From Planctomycetota bacterium (lineage in GTDB: Bacteria > Planctomycetota > UBA1135 > UBA2386), in NCBI GenBank assembly GCA_046290465.1, contig JBKAGP010000001.1, forward strand, positions 736,001 through 800,000: 64,000 nt of DNA, given 5' to 3'. Below the pieces are notes generated by a model. The model ran no database searches, was not told the origin of the DNA, and saw nothing but the letters and a program-made list of their open reading frames with translations. A program made the position numbers and the translations under genes. Of this stretch, positions 1 through 12,372 are shown piece by piece. The first letter of the stretch is position 1. Each line of letters begins with the position of its first letter.

Positions 1-1
1 C

Positions 2-1057
2 TTCAACAGCTACGCGACGGTGCGCAGCACGCTGTCGTCGCAGTACGGGCAGGACTGGGAGGCGCTGGCGCCGCTGCTCGACGTGATCATGCCGATGGCC
101 TACACCGCCGACGGCTCGATCTACAGCAGCTATGCCAGCCACCAGGCCTACGTGCGCAAGACCGCCGAGTACGCGCGGCTGGCCTGCACGCTGGCCGGGG
201 TGCCGGCTCGCCGGGTCTGTCCCGTGGTCAAGACCTACAGCAGCAGCGGCGAGACCACCACGCCGTCGACGATCGACGCGTCGATCACCGGCGCGCTGCT
301 CGGCGGCGGCGACGGCTACCAGTCGTTCCGCTACGACCTGCAGGTGCAGAACCCTTCGTGGTGGCCGCCGATGGCCGCGCACGCGGTGCCCGGCTGCAAC
401 TGGCCGCGGCCGGTGCTGACGGCGACGTCGCCGAAGCTGACGGTCACCGCCGATGCGACGCTGTCGAGCGACGTCGACCAGAGCAGCGCATCGCTGCTGG
501 CGCGCTATGACTACGACGGCGACGGGGTGTTCGACACGCCTTGGGCCAACCTGTCCCAGGGCCAGCAGCTGGTCGGCTTCCCGAGCACGCGGGTCGCCTT
601 CGCCCAGGTCCAGGACGCCGACGGCCACGTCGCGACGACGCGGCGCCGCTACACGGCCGGCTCGCCGATCACGGTGTTCCCGTTCGCGATCAACACCGCG
701 GCGGGCGGCGTGACGACGGTGTTCCTCGACGCCGGTCCGGCGGCGTCCGGCCACACCTATCTGGTGCTGGCGTCGCTGTCCGGGACCGCGCCGGGCTTCA
801 CCTGGGGGGCCTCGCTGCCGGTGCCGCTCAACATCGACGCGGTCACGACCTGGTTCGCGGCCAACCCGAACGGCAGCCTGATGAGCGGCGGCCTCGGCAC
901 CTTCGACGCGCAGGGCCGGGCCACCGCCTCGCTGCAGTGGCCGCCGCAGGTGCTGTCGTTCCTGGCCGGCCTGTCGATGCGCTGGAGCTTCGTGGCGCAG
1001 GACCAGATCGGCCAGCCGAGCTGCGTCGCCGACAGCGTGCCGCTGACGCTGTTTTGA
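2..1057 (+). CDS. 5'-truncated protein: glycoside hydrolase-like TIM-barrel end, PKD-like segment and lineage-type C-terminal domain
   Basis: Frame is open to the window edge; LDVIMPMAY resembles a GH-like barrel strand; YDYDGDGVFDTPW is PKD-like; C-terminus ADSVPLTLF. Confidence 0.55.
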   Translation, partial: FNSYATVRSTLSSQYGQDWEALAPLLDVIMPMAYTADGSIYSSYASHQAYVRKTAEYARLACTLAGVPARRVCPVVKTYSSSGETTTPSTIDASITGALLGGGDGYQSFRYDLQVQNPSWWPPMAAHAVPGCNWPRPVLTATSPKLTVTADATLSSDVDQSSASLLARYDYDGDGVFDTPWANLSQGQQLVGFPSTRVAFAQVQDADGHVATTRRRYTAGSPITVFPFAINTAAGGVTTVFLDAGPAASGHTYLVLASLSGTAPGFTWGASLPVPLNIDAVTTWFAANPNGSLMSGGLGTFDAQGRATASLQWPPQVLSFLAGLSMRWSFVAQDQIGQPSCVADSVPLTLF

Positions 1058-1114
1058 GCCCGGGGCCAGCCGTTCGTGCAACGAGTCGGGCGGAGGGCTA
1101 TCGTGTTCGCCCGA

Positions 1115-2653
<1,539 letters not shown>

Positions 2654-3272
2654 GTCCGCGGCCAACGCAACCGCATGTGCAGCCAGGCGCATGCGGTGAC
2701 AAATCCGATACCACTGGATTTGTGGAGAGCTCCGAATTTCGGAATGTTGGCTGGCCGGTGGGTGCGGGGGCGTGCGTATTCTCGGGGTCCAACAACCGAG
2801 GTGTCCCTTGTCCACAGTGCTCGTCTGCTGGTGCGTCGGTAGTTTCCTGCTTGCTCCTGTCCTGGGGCGCGCGATGCGCGCTCGTCCGGTGCCCAGCCGG
2901 CCCCAGGTCGCGGCCAAGCAGGCTGCCTGATCTCTCGTCCCCCTCTCTCCCCACAGGCCCCGTCCCGCAGGGCCCTCCCTGGCCCCTTCCCCCAGGGCCT
3001 CCTGACTGGCTCCGGCTCACGGCCTTTTCGTGCCGCGGGCGGGAGTCGTGCACGTTCTCGGCCTCCCGTAGCCGTTGCGGGCCGGTTCGGGGTCCGTCAC
3101 CACCCTGTCGAGGGACCCGCTGCCGGGTGAGATCCGGGCGTGACGTAGTTCCGCCCGCATTCGTCGCCGTATTTGTCCGGCCCCAAGGACCGCTCGCGTT
3201 TCGACCCGGCCAGGCGTCGAAGCCGTGCTGCGACCTTCCGCAGCGTTGCCGTGCGCCGAGCCATCGGCAGCC

Positions 3273-4478
3273 ATGCGATCTACAGAGCAACCGAGGCGGA
3301 CGCAGCGACGACGCGCCACGTTGGCGGGCGGCAGCCCGAGGCCGGAGCGGTTCGTCCAGGGCAGTGGAGCGCCGACGGAGGGGCTCCGGCCGGTCGTTCC
3401 ATTCCTCGTCCTCGCGTCGTTGCTCGTAGCGGTCGCCGCGTGGATTGCCGGGAACGGCAGCGCGATCCAGCAGGCCGCATCGGGGTCGGTCGGGAGCGTC
3501 GGGGGCCTCGACTACGATGTGCAGGGACCTGCCCTCGTGCTGCTGTGCGTGCCGGTCGTTCTGCTCGGTGTCGGGGAGTGGCTGCGCAGACGTCCGCTCG
3601 GCGGGCGGTCTCCGCGCCGACGCCTGCTGGCAGCCGCGCGGGTCTCGCTGCACGCGGTACCATTCCTCTCCCGCACGTTCTTCCTCGGCTTCCTTGCGTG
3701 GGTCGTGCTGACCGACGTGTTCGGACTCTGGCACGTCACGCCGGGCCGCCTGTGCCAGCTCGTCGTCGACGAAGCGAGCTCGGGACGACTCCTCCAGGCC
3801 CTCACCACAACGGTGTTGCGGAACCTGATTGCGCTCGCGGTCGGGGCATGCCTCGCGATCGTCGTCGCGATCCTCGTGCAGGAGTCGCGCCGATTCGGGT
3901 CGGGCCTGGTTCCGGTCCTGCGCCTCGGAGCACTGATCCCGCCGTTGTTCCTGTTCACGTTCGCGCCGTGGCTCGGCAAGGCCATCGACACGGCGGCCGT
4001 TCGCGAGTGGTTCGCAGGCCACGGGGTCACGCCATACTCGTCGATCTATCGCGTGTTCGGCTACTTCGATCGAACCCTGGTGTTGGCCTCGATCGCGTTC
4101 TGGCCGCTGGTGATCTCTGCGGTGTCCGGTCTGAACCGAGTCCGCGACACGCTCACGACCAAACTCGACAGCCTTCGCCTGTCCCGGTGGCGCGCGCTCT
4201 GCAAGGTCCAGCTGCCCTTGGTGATCCGCTACATGTCCCCGGCCTTCTACATCGCCATCGTGTTGGTGTTCGTCGTCTGCGTCGAGGCGGAGAGTTCGCC
4301 CGCCGTGGACCGCGCCGTCGACGGGATCGCGCACTACTACCTGCGCACCGCCTGCGACACCGGCGCCACCGACATCTGGGTGCTCGGGCTGACCACCATC
4401 ATCTGCGTCGGCACGTGCTTCCTGTTCGTGTTCGACCTCGTGACCGCCTTCTTCTCCGGCTTGTCCCCGCACTCATAG
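3273..4478 (+). CDS. ABC transporter permease-like membrane protein (start uncertain, 3225 or 3273)
   Basis: Multiple hydrophobic segments; EAA-loop-like DSLRLSRWRALCKVQLP; first gene of an SBP/ATPase operon. Confidence 0.65.
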   Translation: MRSTEQPRRTQRRRATLAGGSPRPERFVQGSGAPTEGLRPVVPFLVLASLLVAVAAWIAGNGSAIQQAASGSVGSVGGLDYDVQGPALVLLCVPVVLLGVGEWLRRRPLGGRSPRRRLLAAARVSLHAVPFLSRTFFLGFLAWVVLTDVFGLWHVTPGRLCQLVVDEASSGRLLQALTTTVLRNLIALAVGACLAIVVAILVQESRRFGSGLVPVLRLGALIPPLFLFTFAPWLGKAIDTAAVREWFAGHGVTPYSSIYRVFGYFDRTLVLASIAFWPLVISAVSGLNRVRDTLTTKLDSLRLSRWRALCKVQLPLVIRYMSPAFYIAIVLVFVVCVEAESSPAVDRAVDGIAHYYLRTACDTGATDIWVLGLTTIICVGTCFLFVFDLVTAFFSGLSPHS

Positions 4479-4482
4479 ACGC

Positions 4483-5709
4483 ATGACGAGAACACCCAAA
4501 CCCGTCCCTTTCTGGGCCCTCACCGTGGTCGCCGTCCTGGCAGTCTGCCTGTTCGTCCAGTGCGGACGAACCGAGGTCCGTGCCGCGGAGCAGTCGCTGG
4601 AGGAACGCGCCACTTCCGTTCGGTGGGATCCGCAGGTCGAGTCGCAGAACCCGGCCGAAGACGCATTGCCGGAGTTGCGCGTTGCCTACCTGCCTGCGAC
4701 GCACGATGCGCTGCTGTTCATCGCGCTGCACCAGAAGTTCTTCGCCAGCCAGGGGGTGCTGGTGGACCCTCGGAAGTACGCCAACAGCCCGAAGGCGCTA
4801 CAGGCGCTCGAAGCCGGCGAAGTCGACATCGCGATCCCGGGCATCGCCGCTCCGATCTACAAGGTCGCAACCGGGTCCAACCTGACAGCCATCGGAGGCG
4901 CGGCGTGGTACTCCGCGGCGATCGTCTCGCCGGTCGAGATCGCTGTGAAGGTGCCAGCCGAAGGAACGACGCGGGACCTGTTGCTGCCGTTCGCCAATCG
5001 CACGATCGGCACGATCACCCAATCGACCGGTGACGCGGTGCTACGTGCGAAGGTCCGTGAGGTGGGCTTGGCGAAGGACATCGTGCTGCAGGTCTACGAT
5101 TCGCCGACCCAGCTGACCCAGGCTCTGCTTACGGGGGAGGTCGATGCCGCGTTGCTCTGGTCGCCGCACATGACGCTGGTCGAAGACCGAAGCAGTGGCA
5201 TGGAGATCGCACTTTGGATGAGCAAGCTGACCCGGCACCCGTGCTGCCGTCAGATATGCCTGCCGGAGGTCGTCGGCGCGAAGCGCGATCTGCTGGTCCG
5301 CTACATGTCGGCCCTGATCCTCGCCAAGCGCTTCCTGCTCGATCGGGACAACGCCGAGCAGTGCTTGCAGGCCGTGCGCCAGTTCATCCCTGGAACCAAC
5401 GAGAGCGTGCTGCGCAAGGAACTGCTGCAATACGACACCCGTGCCGGTCACGCCCGGACCGAGGTGTCCCCGAATGGATCGAGCTACGACGTCTCCCGAT
5501 ACGGCGACATGATGTCGGAAGCAGGACTGATCAACGGCAAGTCGGTGCCGCGCGTGCGTCGCATGGTCGACGACAGCATCCTGCGCGACGCCTACCGCCT
5601 CGTCTATCCCAAGTTGTCGCCCGAGCAGGCATCGGAGTGCGCGAATGCGGGCTTGAACCCGCCGAAGTATCTCGAGGGCATGCAGCCGGTCGTCCGAGGG
5701 GGAAAGTGA
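4483..5709 (+). CDS. ABC transporter substrate-binding protein, NitT/TauT/SsuA family
   Basis: N-terminal hydrophobic anchor; LRVAYLP, ALEAGEVDIA, ALLTGEVDAALLWSP, HPCC. Confidence 0.8.
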   Translation: MTRTPKPVPFWALTVVAVLAVCLFVQCGRTEVRAAEQSLEERATSVRWDPQVESQNPAEDALPELRVAYLPATHDALLFIALHQKFFASQGVLVDPRKYANSPKALQALEAGEVDIAIPGIAAPIYKVATGSNLTAIGGAAWYSAAIVSPVEIAVKVPAEGTTRDLLLPFANRTIGTITQSTGDAVLRAKVREVGLAKDIVLQVYDSPTQLTQALLTGEVDAALLWSPHMTLVEDRSSGMEIALWMSKLTRHPCCRQICLPEVVGAKRDLLVRYMSALILAKRFLLDRDNAEQCLQAVRQFIPGTNESVLRKELLQYDTRAGHARTEVSPNGSSYDVSRYGDMMSEAGLINGKSVPRVRRMVDDSILRDAYRLVYPKLSPEQASECANAGLNPPKYLEGMQPVVRGGK

Positions 5710-6374
5710 ACGCCGGCCTGCACGTCGCCGAAGGAGTCCTCCGGTACCACGCGGGTGCAAGGCATGGGGTCTCGCCGTTCGAGGTCGAGATTCCACCGTT
5801 CGAGGTGGGGGTGGGGGAGGTCTGCACACTCGTCGGCGGCAATGGGTCTGGCAAGTCGACGCTGCTGGCACACCTCGGTGGGATCGATGCGCGGACGCGG
5901 CGGGCGCAGGGGGTCGAAAGCACCTGGGACGGTCGGTCGAGTTCGACCGCTTGCTCGTTCCTCGCCGCATCTCCGATGTTGGTCCCGGGTCACGCGGCCG
6001 AAGACTACCTGGCGCTGGTCGTTCCGTCGGGACGGCCGGATGATCGCGAAGTCGTAGCAGCTCTCGAGCGGGTCGGCCTGCGTGAACTCCGTCGAGAGTG
6101 CACGGATGCGTTCTCTTCCGGGCAGCGCAAGCGGCTCGGGTTGGCGAGAGTCCTGCTACAGGCAGAGCCGCTGATCCTATTGGACGAGGCGCGCGCAAAC
6201 CTCGACGAACAGGGCCGAGACCTGGTCGACCAACTGATGCACGAGTGGCTCGATCAGGGGCGGACCATCGTCATGGCGACCCATCACGATTCCGACTGGC
6301 AGCGCGCAGCCTGCAAACTCACGTTCGAGCGAGTCGGACACACAGCCGGCGTGCGTGTCGAGATCGCTGCATGA
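5706..6374 (+). CDS. ABC transporter ATP-binding protein (CcmA-like, short)
   Basis: GTGA overlap with the SBP stop; Walker A GGNGSGKST, signature FSSGQ, Walker B ILLDE, H-loop ATH. Confidence 0.85.
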   Translation: MNAGLHVAEGVLRYHAGARHGVSPFEVEIPPFEVGVGEVCTLVGGNGSGKSTLLAHLGGIDARTRRAQGVESTWDGRSSSTACSFLAASPMLVPGHAAEDYLALVVPSGRPDDREVVAALERVGLRELRRECTDAFSSGQRKRLGLARVLLQAEPLILLDEARANLDEQGRDLVDQLMHEWLDQGRTIVMATHHDSDWQRAACKLTFERVGHTAGVRVEIAA

Positions 6375-7699
6375 TGCCGGCCGTCCGCCGAACCTCCGTC
6401 CTGTTGGCAGCAACGCTGTTGACCGCCGCGTCGACGTGCCAGGACCGGATCGCCCATGCGGACTTTGCGCGCCTGCGAGACATCGGTGGAGAGGCCTTCG
6501 TTCGGGAGGCCTGCATGGACTCGTCGATGCGCGGGCTGCGCACGACCGAAGACGTGCAGATCACGCTCGCGAAGGTCGAACATCTGACGCTCTCGCACTG
6601 TTGCCACGAGTCCCTGACGCTTGCTCGGGGGTCCGTGCTCGAGCTCGCGTTCCGCAATCTGTGTGCGCATCGAAACCTGCGACTCGGTCCTCGGGTCGAA
6701 GTGCGCGGGGATCTGGTCATCGAGAACGTCAAGGCCGAGACGCTGGTGATCTCGGACGTTCGCTGTCACGGAGCCATCGAGTTGCGCAACGTCGGAGTCG
6801 GGACGTTGCTGCAGTTCGAGAACGTGGAGTGCAGCCGGCTGCTCGTCTCTGGCGTCGAGTCGCGGCGTGAGGACGCGCGGCTACTGCTCAAGCAGGTGGT
6901 GGTCGAACACGACTGCAAACTCGACGAGATCGGCCTCCCCATCCAGAAGCTGGCGCACGTTCGATGCCGCCGGCTGAGTTTGCAGGCGTTGGCGGCCCGT
7001 GGCGTCGAGGTTCGAAGTTGCAGGGTGTCGCAGGACCTGCACGTCGATCATCAATCGCAGGACGCCCAACTCTCGCTGCGTGGCTCGTCGGTGCAGGGCC
7101 GGGTGATCCTCGCCCTGGGTGCTATCGGCGACCGTGCAAGGGTCGACCTCGGCCGGTTTCGCGGCGGTTGGGGAGACACGCCCGTGGATCACGCGTTGGT
7201 CGCAGCCGTTGGGCGTGGGACCGGCTCGTTCGACCGCGGCCCCGCGCTGCGGCGGATCGGAGAGGAGCTGAAGTCGCAGGGCAGGACCGGCGAGTACCTG
7301 GTCGTGCAGGAGGCCGTCGCGTGGCACGAATTGGACCGCGCACAAGGCCTGTCCGCGAAGGTCGCAAGCGCCATCCGCTGGTTCCGCAGCGGCCAGGGGC
7401 GCGACATCCGGATTCTGCTCTCCTGGATCGGCCTGTTCCTGGTGGGACTGGTCGCCCAGTCCCTGATCCTCCTCGTCCGTGACTGGTCGAAGGACGAGAA
7501 GGGTGGCGTCGGAATTCTCTGGTGGGCATCGATTGGCGCAGTCGCCCCGGCGATCGTCGGGGTCTTCCCGGTGCGGATCGACCACTGGATCGAACGCGAG
7601 TTCCACGGGGCGCAGGTCTGGATCATCATCGTCAGCCAGCTGTTGACGTGGTTGCTGATCCTGCTGTTCGTCGGATCGGTGATCTCGGCGGCTGCGTAG
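6371..7699 (+). CDS. Hypothetical membrane protein with beta-solenoid-like repeats and C-terminal TM helices
   Basis: ATGA overlap with the ATPase; signal-like N-terminus; repeated short beta strands; about 3 hydrophobic C-terminal segments. Confidence 0.6.
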   Translation: MMPAVRRTSVLLAATLLTAASTCQDRIAHADFARLRDIGGEAFVREACMDSSMRGLRTTEDVQITLAKVEHLTLSHCCHESLTLARGSVLELAFRNLCAHRNLRLGPRVEVRGDLVIENVKAETLVISDVRCHGAIELRNVGVGTLLQFENVECSRLLVSGVESRREDARLLLKQVVVEHDCKLDEIGLPIQKLAHVRCRRLSLQALAARGVEVRSCRVSQDLHVDHQSQDAQLSLRGSSVQGRVILALGAIGDRARVDLGRFRGGWGDTPVDHALVAAVGRGTGSFDRGPALRRIGEELKSQGRTGEYLVVQEAVAWHELDRAQGLSAKVASAIRWFRSGQGRDIRILLSWIGLFLVGLVAQSLILLVRDWSKDEKGGVGILWWASIGAVAPAIVGVFPVRIDHWIEREFHGAQVWIIIVSQLLTWLLILLFVGSVISAAA

Positions 7700-7820
7700 G
7701 CTCTACGTGGTGCGGGCCGTCTTGCCACTTGCGCCTGCGGACTCTGCGGGATGGTCGGGTCGGCCGGACCTGGCGCGGTTCCTCGGCGACACCTTCGCGA
7801 TCGGGCAACCATCCAGAAGA

Positions 7821-7897
7821 TGGTGGGCGTTATAGGATTCGAACCTATGACCCTCAGCTTGTCGAGCTGATGCTCTAGCCAACTGAGCTAAACGCCC
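7821..7897 (-). tRNA. tRNA-Val(GAC)
   Basis: Reverse complement GGGCGTTTAGCTCAGTTGGCTAGAGCA-TCAGC-TC-GAC-AA-GCTGA...GGTTCGAATCC...AACGCCCACCA; full cloverleaf with encoded CCA. Confidence 0.97.
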
Positions 7898-8040
7898 CGT
7901 TCGCGAGGCGAGGACTATGCCCGACCCGTCGGCAGCGCGCAAGCGCTTTCTTCGCGTCGTCCTCATCGAACTGAGACCGAACGCGGGCGTCGCGCCCTTG
8001 CTGCGGTAGGCTTCTCGGTAGCCCAGCCGCCGGCAAGCCG

Positions 8041-8691
8041 GTGGCGCTCGCCATGCTCGCTGCCTCCGACGACATGTCTGCCGCCCTCGCACGTTCGGTG
8101 CCATTGCCGCGTCCTGCGCACGGGCAGGCGTCGCGCGTGCAGATCGGGCGCGCCGAGCTGGTGCTCGAGAACCGGCGCGGCAGCTACTCGCTGCTGTGGT
8201 CCGACGGACGGCAAGCGCGTCGCTACGTGCTCGGTCTCAGCGGCACCGGCCAGCTGCAGGTCGAGCTGCGTGCGCCGCGGCTGCCGCTGGTGCTGGTGCC
8301 GCGCGAAGTGCTGACGGTCGTGCCCGGCGCGCGTCTGCGTGGCTACCTCACCGTGCCGCTGGTGCCGACGCTGGTCTGGCGCGATGGCCTGGCGCAGCCG
8401 CAGACGTTGCTCGAACTGCTGCCCAAGGGGCTGCAGGGGGTCTGGGACGAGCAGCGCGGCCACGCGTTCCGTTGTGGCGCGAGCTGGCTGACGCGGTTCC
8501 CGTTCCAGACCGGCGAGCCGCAGTGCGTCGTGCCGCTGCGGCTGGTCAACGATGGCGCGCAGCCAGCGTGTCCGGCGCAGCTCGACGTGCACATCGGCGA
8601 CGACGACCTGGTTGAACTTCGCGGCACGATCGTGGTGCGGCCGCAGCGGCTGCGCTTCGACGAGCGCGGCGACGAGGAGGACGACGCGTGA
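8041..8691 (+). CDS. DUF432-like hypothetical protein (start uncertain)
   Basis: PREVLTVVPGARLRGYLTVPL resembles DUF432; GTGA overlap with the next gene. Confidence 0.5.
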   Translation: MALAMLAASDDMSAALARSVPLPRPAHGQASRVQIGRAELVLENRRGSYSLLWSDGRQARRYVLGLSGTGQLQVELRAPRLPLVLVPREVLTVVPGARLRGYLTVPLVPTLVWRDGLAQPQTLLELLPKGLQGVWDEQRGHAFRCGASWLTRFPFQTGEPQCVVPLRLVNDGAQPACPAQLDVHIGDDDLVELRGTIVVRPQRLRFDERGDEEDDA

Positions 8692-10250
8692 GCGGTCGGC
8701 TGCGCAGTGGGCTGGTGGGGGGAGCTGTGGCGCTGGTCGCAGCGGCGTGCGCGCCCGACACCGACACGCGCGAACTGCTGCTCGCGATGCAGGCGCAGAA
8801 CCAGGCGATGCAGGCGCAGAGCAAGCTGCTGCAGCAGCAGCTCGATCGCCCTTCGTTGCAGAACGCGCCGGCTGAGCTGGTGACGACGGCGATGGCGCCG
8901 ATGCAGGAGGTGCTGGTCGAGCTCGGCAAGACCCAGCGCACGCTGTCGGAGCGGCAGGCGACGCTGACCCGCGAGATGCGGCAGTGGACCAGGCTGCTGG
9001 TCGAGTCGCGCAACGCCCAGCAGAACGAAGAAGCGGTCGCGCTCGCCGCACGGCTCGAGGCGCTCGAGAAGACCATCCAGGAGCAGGACCAGCGCCACCG
9101 CGAGGTCGAGGAGCTGATGGGCACCGCGCTGACGCGCACCGCCGACCAGCTGCAGAAGTTCCTCGAACGGCTCAACCGCGTGCAGCCCGCACCGGCTGGT
9201 AGCGAACGGCAGCCCGAGACGGGCAACCCTGAGTCGGGCAACCCCGAGACGGGCAACCCCGCGGCCGACAAGTCCGACGCAGGCAAGTCCGACGCAGGCA
9301 AGTCCGACGCAGGCAAGCCCGCGGTGGCAGATCCTGGCCAGGGCGCGCAACGGGCCGCCGCAGAGCAGGGCGACAACGAACGTGAGCAGCAGGCCTCGAT
9401 GTGGCCGCTGTGGGGCGTCGCGCTGCTGGCGATCGCGTCGGGCATCTGGTTGCTGCTGCCGCGCCGTCGCCGGCCCGTTGCGATTGCGCCCGAGATGCAG
9501 GTTCCGGTCGACGACCAGGACGTCGCCGACGCCATCGCGCCCGAGGAGGCCCTGTCGGATCCGGCGCCCGCGTCGACCGACGAGGGCGTCGACGAACCGG
9601 AAGTCGAGGAGCTCTGGACCGCGGCGGCGTTGCTCGGCGAGGCGATCGGCCGCATCAAGCAGTCGGGTGGCACCGTGCCGGCGCAGCTGCAGGCAGCCTT
9701 CGCGCCGCCGTCGATGCCAGCCGAGCCTCCGCCTGCCGAATCGCTCGAGCCGCCGCAGCCGCCGTTCGCCGAATCAGGCGGGTGGGGGAGCGAGCCCGCA
9801 GCGCCGGCCGCATCGCCGCGCGACGACGACACGCAGCCGAGCGCTCCCGAGGTTCCGTCCGAGCACGAGGTCGATCTCGACGACTACTTCGTGATCGACG
9901 AGCACGACGAGGTCGAGGACGACTTCTTCGCGCGGGGGAGCGACGTGCCGCCGCCGCCACCGATCGAACCGCAGCCGGCCGCGCCGCCGGTGCGCCCGTC
10001 GGTGTCGGAGCCGCCCGTGGCGGTGCCGCGGCCGGACTCGATCACGTGCCGGCTGCCGGCCGACGACGTCGCCGCGGCGGCGGGCCAGATCCTGGACCTG
10101 CTGGGCGCGGATCCGCGGGTGCTGGTGCAGCCGGCACCGCGCGTCGAGCGCCGCAGCGACGCCGTCGAGGTGTCGTTCTCGCTGCTGCCGGACCTGCCGG
10201 CCGGCGAACGGGCCCTGCTCGAGCAGCGGCTGCGCGACGCGTCGTTCTGA
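8688..10250 (+). CDS. Hypothetical membrane-anchored coiled-coil protein with acidic/Pro-rich linker
   Basis: Lipobox-like VAAAC, long Q/E-rich helix, second TM segment (WPLWGVALLAIASGIWLLL), low-complexity C-half. Confidence 0.65.
   Translation: MSGRLRSGLVGGAVALVAAACAPDTDTRELLLAMQAQNQAMQAQSKLLQQQLDRPSLQNAPAELVTTAMAPMQEVLVELGKTQRTLSERQATLTREMRQWTRLLVESRNAQQNEEAVALAARLEALEKTIQEQDQRHREVEELMGTALTRTADQLQKFLERLNRVQPAPAGSERQPETGNPESGNPETGNPAADKSDAGKSDAGKSDAGKPAVADPGQGAQRAAAEQGDNEREQQASMWPLWGVALLAIASGIWLLLPRRRRPVAIAPEMQVPVDDQDVADAIAPEEALSDPAPASTDEGVDEPEVEELWTAAALLGEAIGRIKQSGGTVPAQLQAAFAPPSMPAEPPPAESLEPPQPPFAESGGWGSEPAAPAASPRDDDTQPSAPEVPSEHEVDLDDYFVIDEHDEVEDDFFARGSDVPPPPPIEPQPAAPPVRPSVSEPPVAVPRPDSITCRLPADDVAAAAGQILDLLGADPRVLVQPAPRVERRSDAVEVSFSLLPDLPAGERALLEQRLRDASF
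9213..9320 (+). repeat. Two adjacent in-frame 15-nt tandem arrays
   Basis: ccc/cct-gag-acg/tcg-ggc-aac x3 (PETGN/PESGN), then caagtccgacgcagg x3 (KSDAG). Confidence 0.9.
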
Positions 10251-10391
10251 GGGCGCGTGCCCGGCCGGTATCGGGCCGGCGGCGGGCGCCCCGCCGCGCT
10301 TTGCGTGCTCACCGCGGGATCGCGCTCGCGGTCGGGCCCGGGCCTCGCTATCGTCCTGGCCCAAATCCCGCTGCAGAGAGAACCGCAAGCA

Positions 10392-11498
<1,107 letters not shown>

Positions 11499-11511
11499 TC
11501 CGCTGCACGCC

Positions 11512-12372
11512 GTGATCGCGCAGCTCGGTGGTGCGGAACTGGGCGATGGTGCCCAGCTGGGGTGGTTCGAGGCGACCGTTCTCGGCATCGTCGAAGGGCT
11601 GACCGAGTTCCTGCCGGTCTCGAGCACCGGCCACCTGATCGTCGCCCAGCGCATGCTCGGGATCGGCGACGGCGAGACCGCCAACGCATTTGCGATCGGC
11701 ATCCAGATCGGCGCCATCACCGCGATCCTGGTGCTCTACTGGCGACGGCTGTTCGACGCGCTGAAGACGGTCGCGACGCCGACTCGCGGCAAGCCCAACC
11801 TGCTGTGGCAAATCTTCGTCGCCGCGATCCCGGCGGTGGTGGTGGGGCTGTTGTTCGAGGACCTGATCGACGAGTACCTGTTCTCGTCGACGGTCGTCGC
11901 AATCACGCTGGTGGTCGGCGGCGTGCTGCTGATCGTGCTCGAGCGCTACCTCAAGTCGCGGCCGCCGCGCATCGACGCGTTGCCGCAGATGTCCTACCGC
12001 GCGGCGTTCCTGATCGGGCTGTGGCAGTGCCTCGCGCTGGTGCCCGGCACCAGTCGGTCGGGGGCGACGATCGGTGGGGCGCTGGTGCTCGGCATGTCGC
12101 GCACCGCCGCCGCCGAGTTCTCGTTCCTGGTCGGGCTGCCGATCCTCTACGGCGCTTCGCTCTACAAGCTGTTCAAGGTGCGTGAGACGCTCGACGGCAA
12201 CATGCTGGCGCCGTTCGCGATCGGTACGGCGGTGTCGTTCGTGGCCGCGATCGCGGTGGTCCAACCGTTCGTCGCGTTCCTGCGGCGCCACGACTTCGTG
12301 CCGTTCGCGTGGTACCGGATCGTGGTCGGCGCGGCGTTGTTGGTGCTGATCGCGGTCGGCTACCTCGAGTAG
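11512..12372 (+). CDS. uppP: Undecaprenyl-diphosphate phosphatase
   Basis: GIVEGLTEFLPVSSTGHL, QIGAI, PGTSRSGATI, AAEFSF. Confidence 0.96.
   Translation: MIAQLGGAELGDGAQLGWFEATVLGIVEGLTEFLPVSSTGHLIVAQRMLGIGDGETANAFAIGIQIGAITAILVLYWRRLFDALKTVATPTRGKPNLLWQIFVAAIPAVVVGLLFEDLIDEYLFSSTVVAITLVVGGVLLIVLERYLKSRPPRIDALPQMSYRAAFLIGLWQCLALVPGTSRSGATIGGALVLGMSRTAAAEFSFLVGLPILYGASLYKLFKVRETLDGNMLAPFAIGTAVSFVAAIAVVQPFVAFLRRHDFVPFAWYRIVVGAALLVLIAVGYLE

Noticed and set aside
2808..2816. DnaA-box-like TTGTCCACA suggesting an origin
   Set aside because: Single imperfect copy, no dnaA or box cluster, and a dif-like site nearby argues for the terminus
2654..7897. Intact prophage or ICE integrated at tRNA-Val
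   Set aside because: No integrase or phage genes, and no duplicate of the tRNA 3' end found at the left boundary
9213..9320. CRISPR array
   Set aside because: Contiguous 15-nt in-frame repeats without spacers; no cas genes
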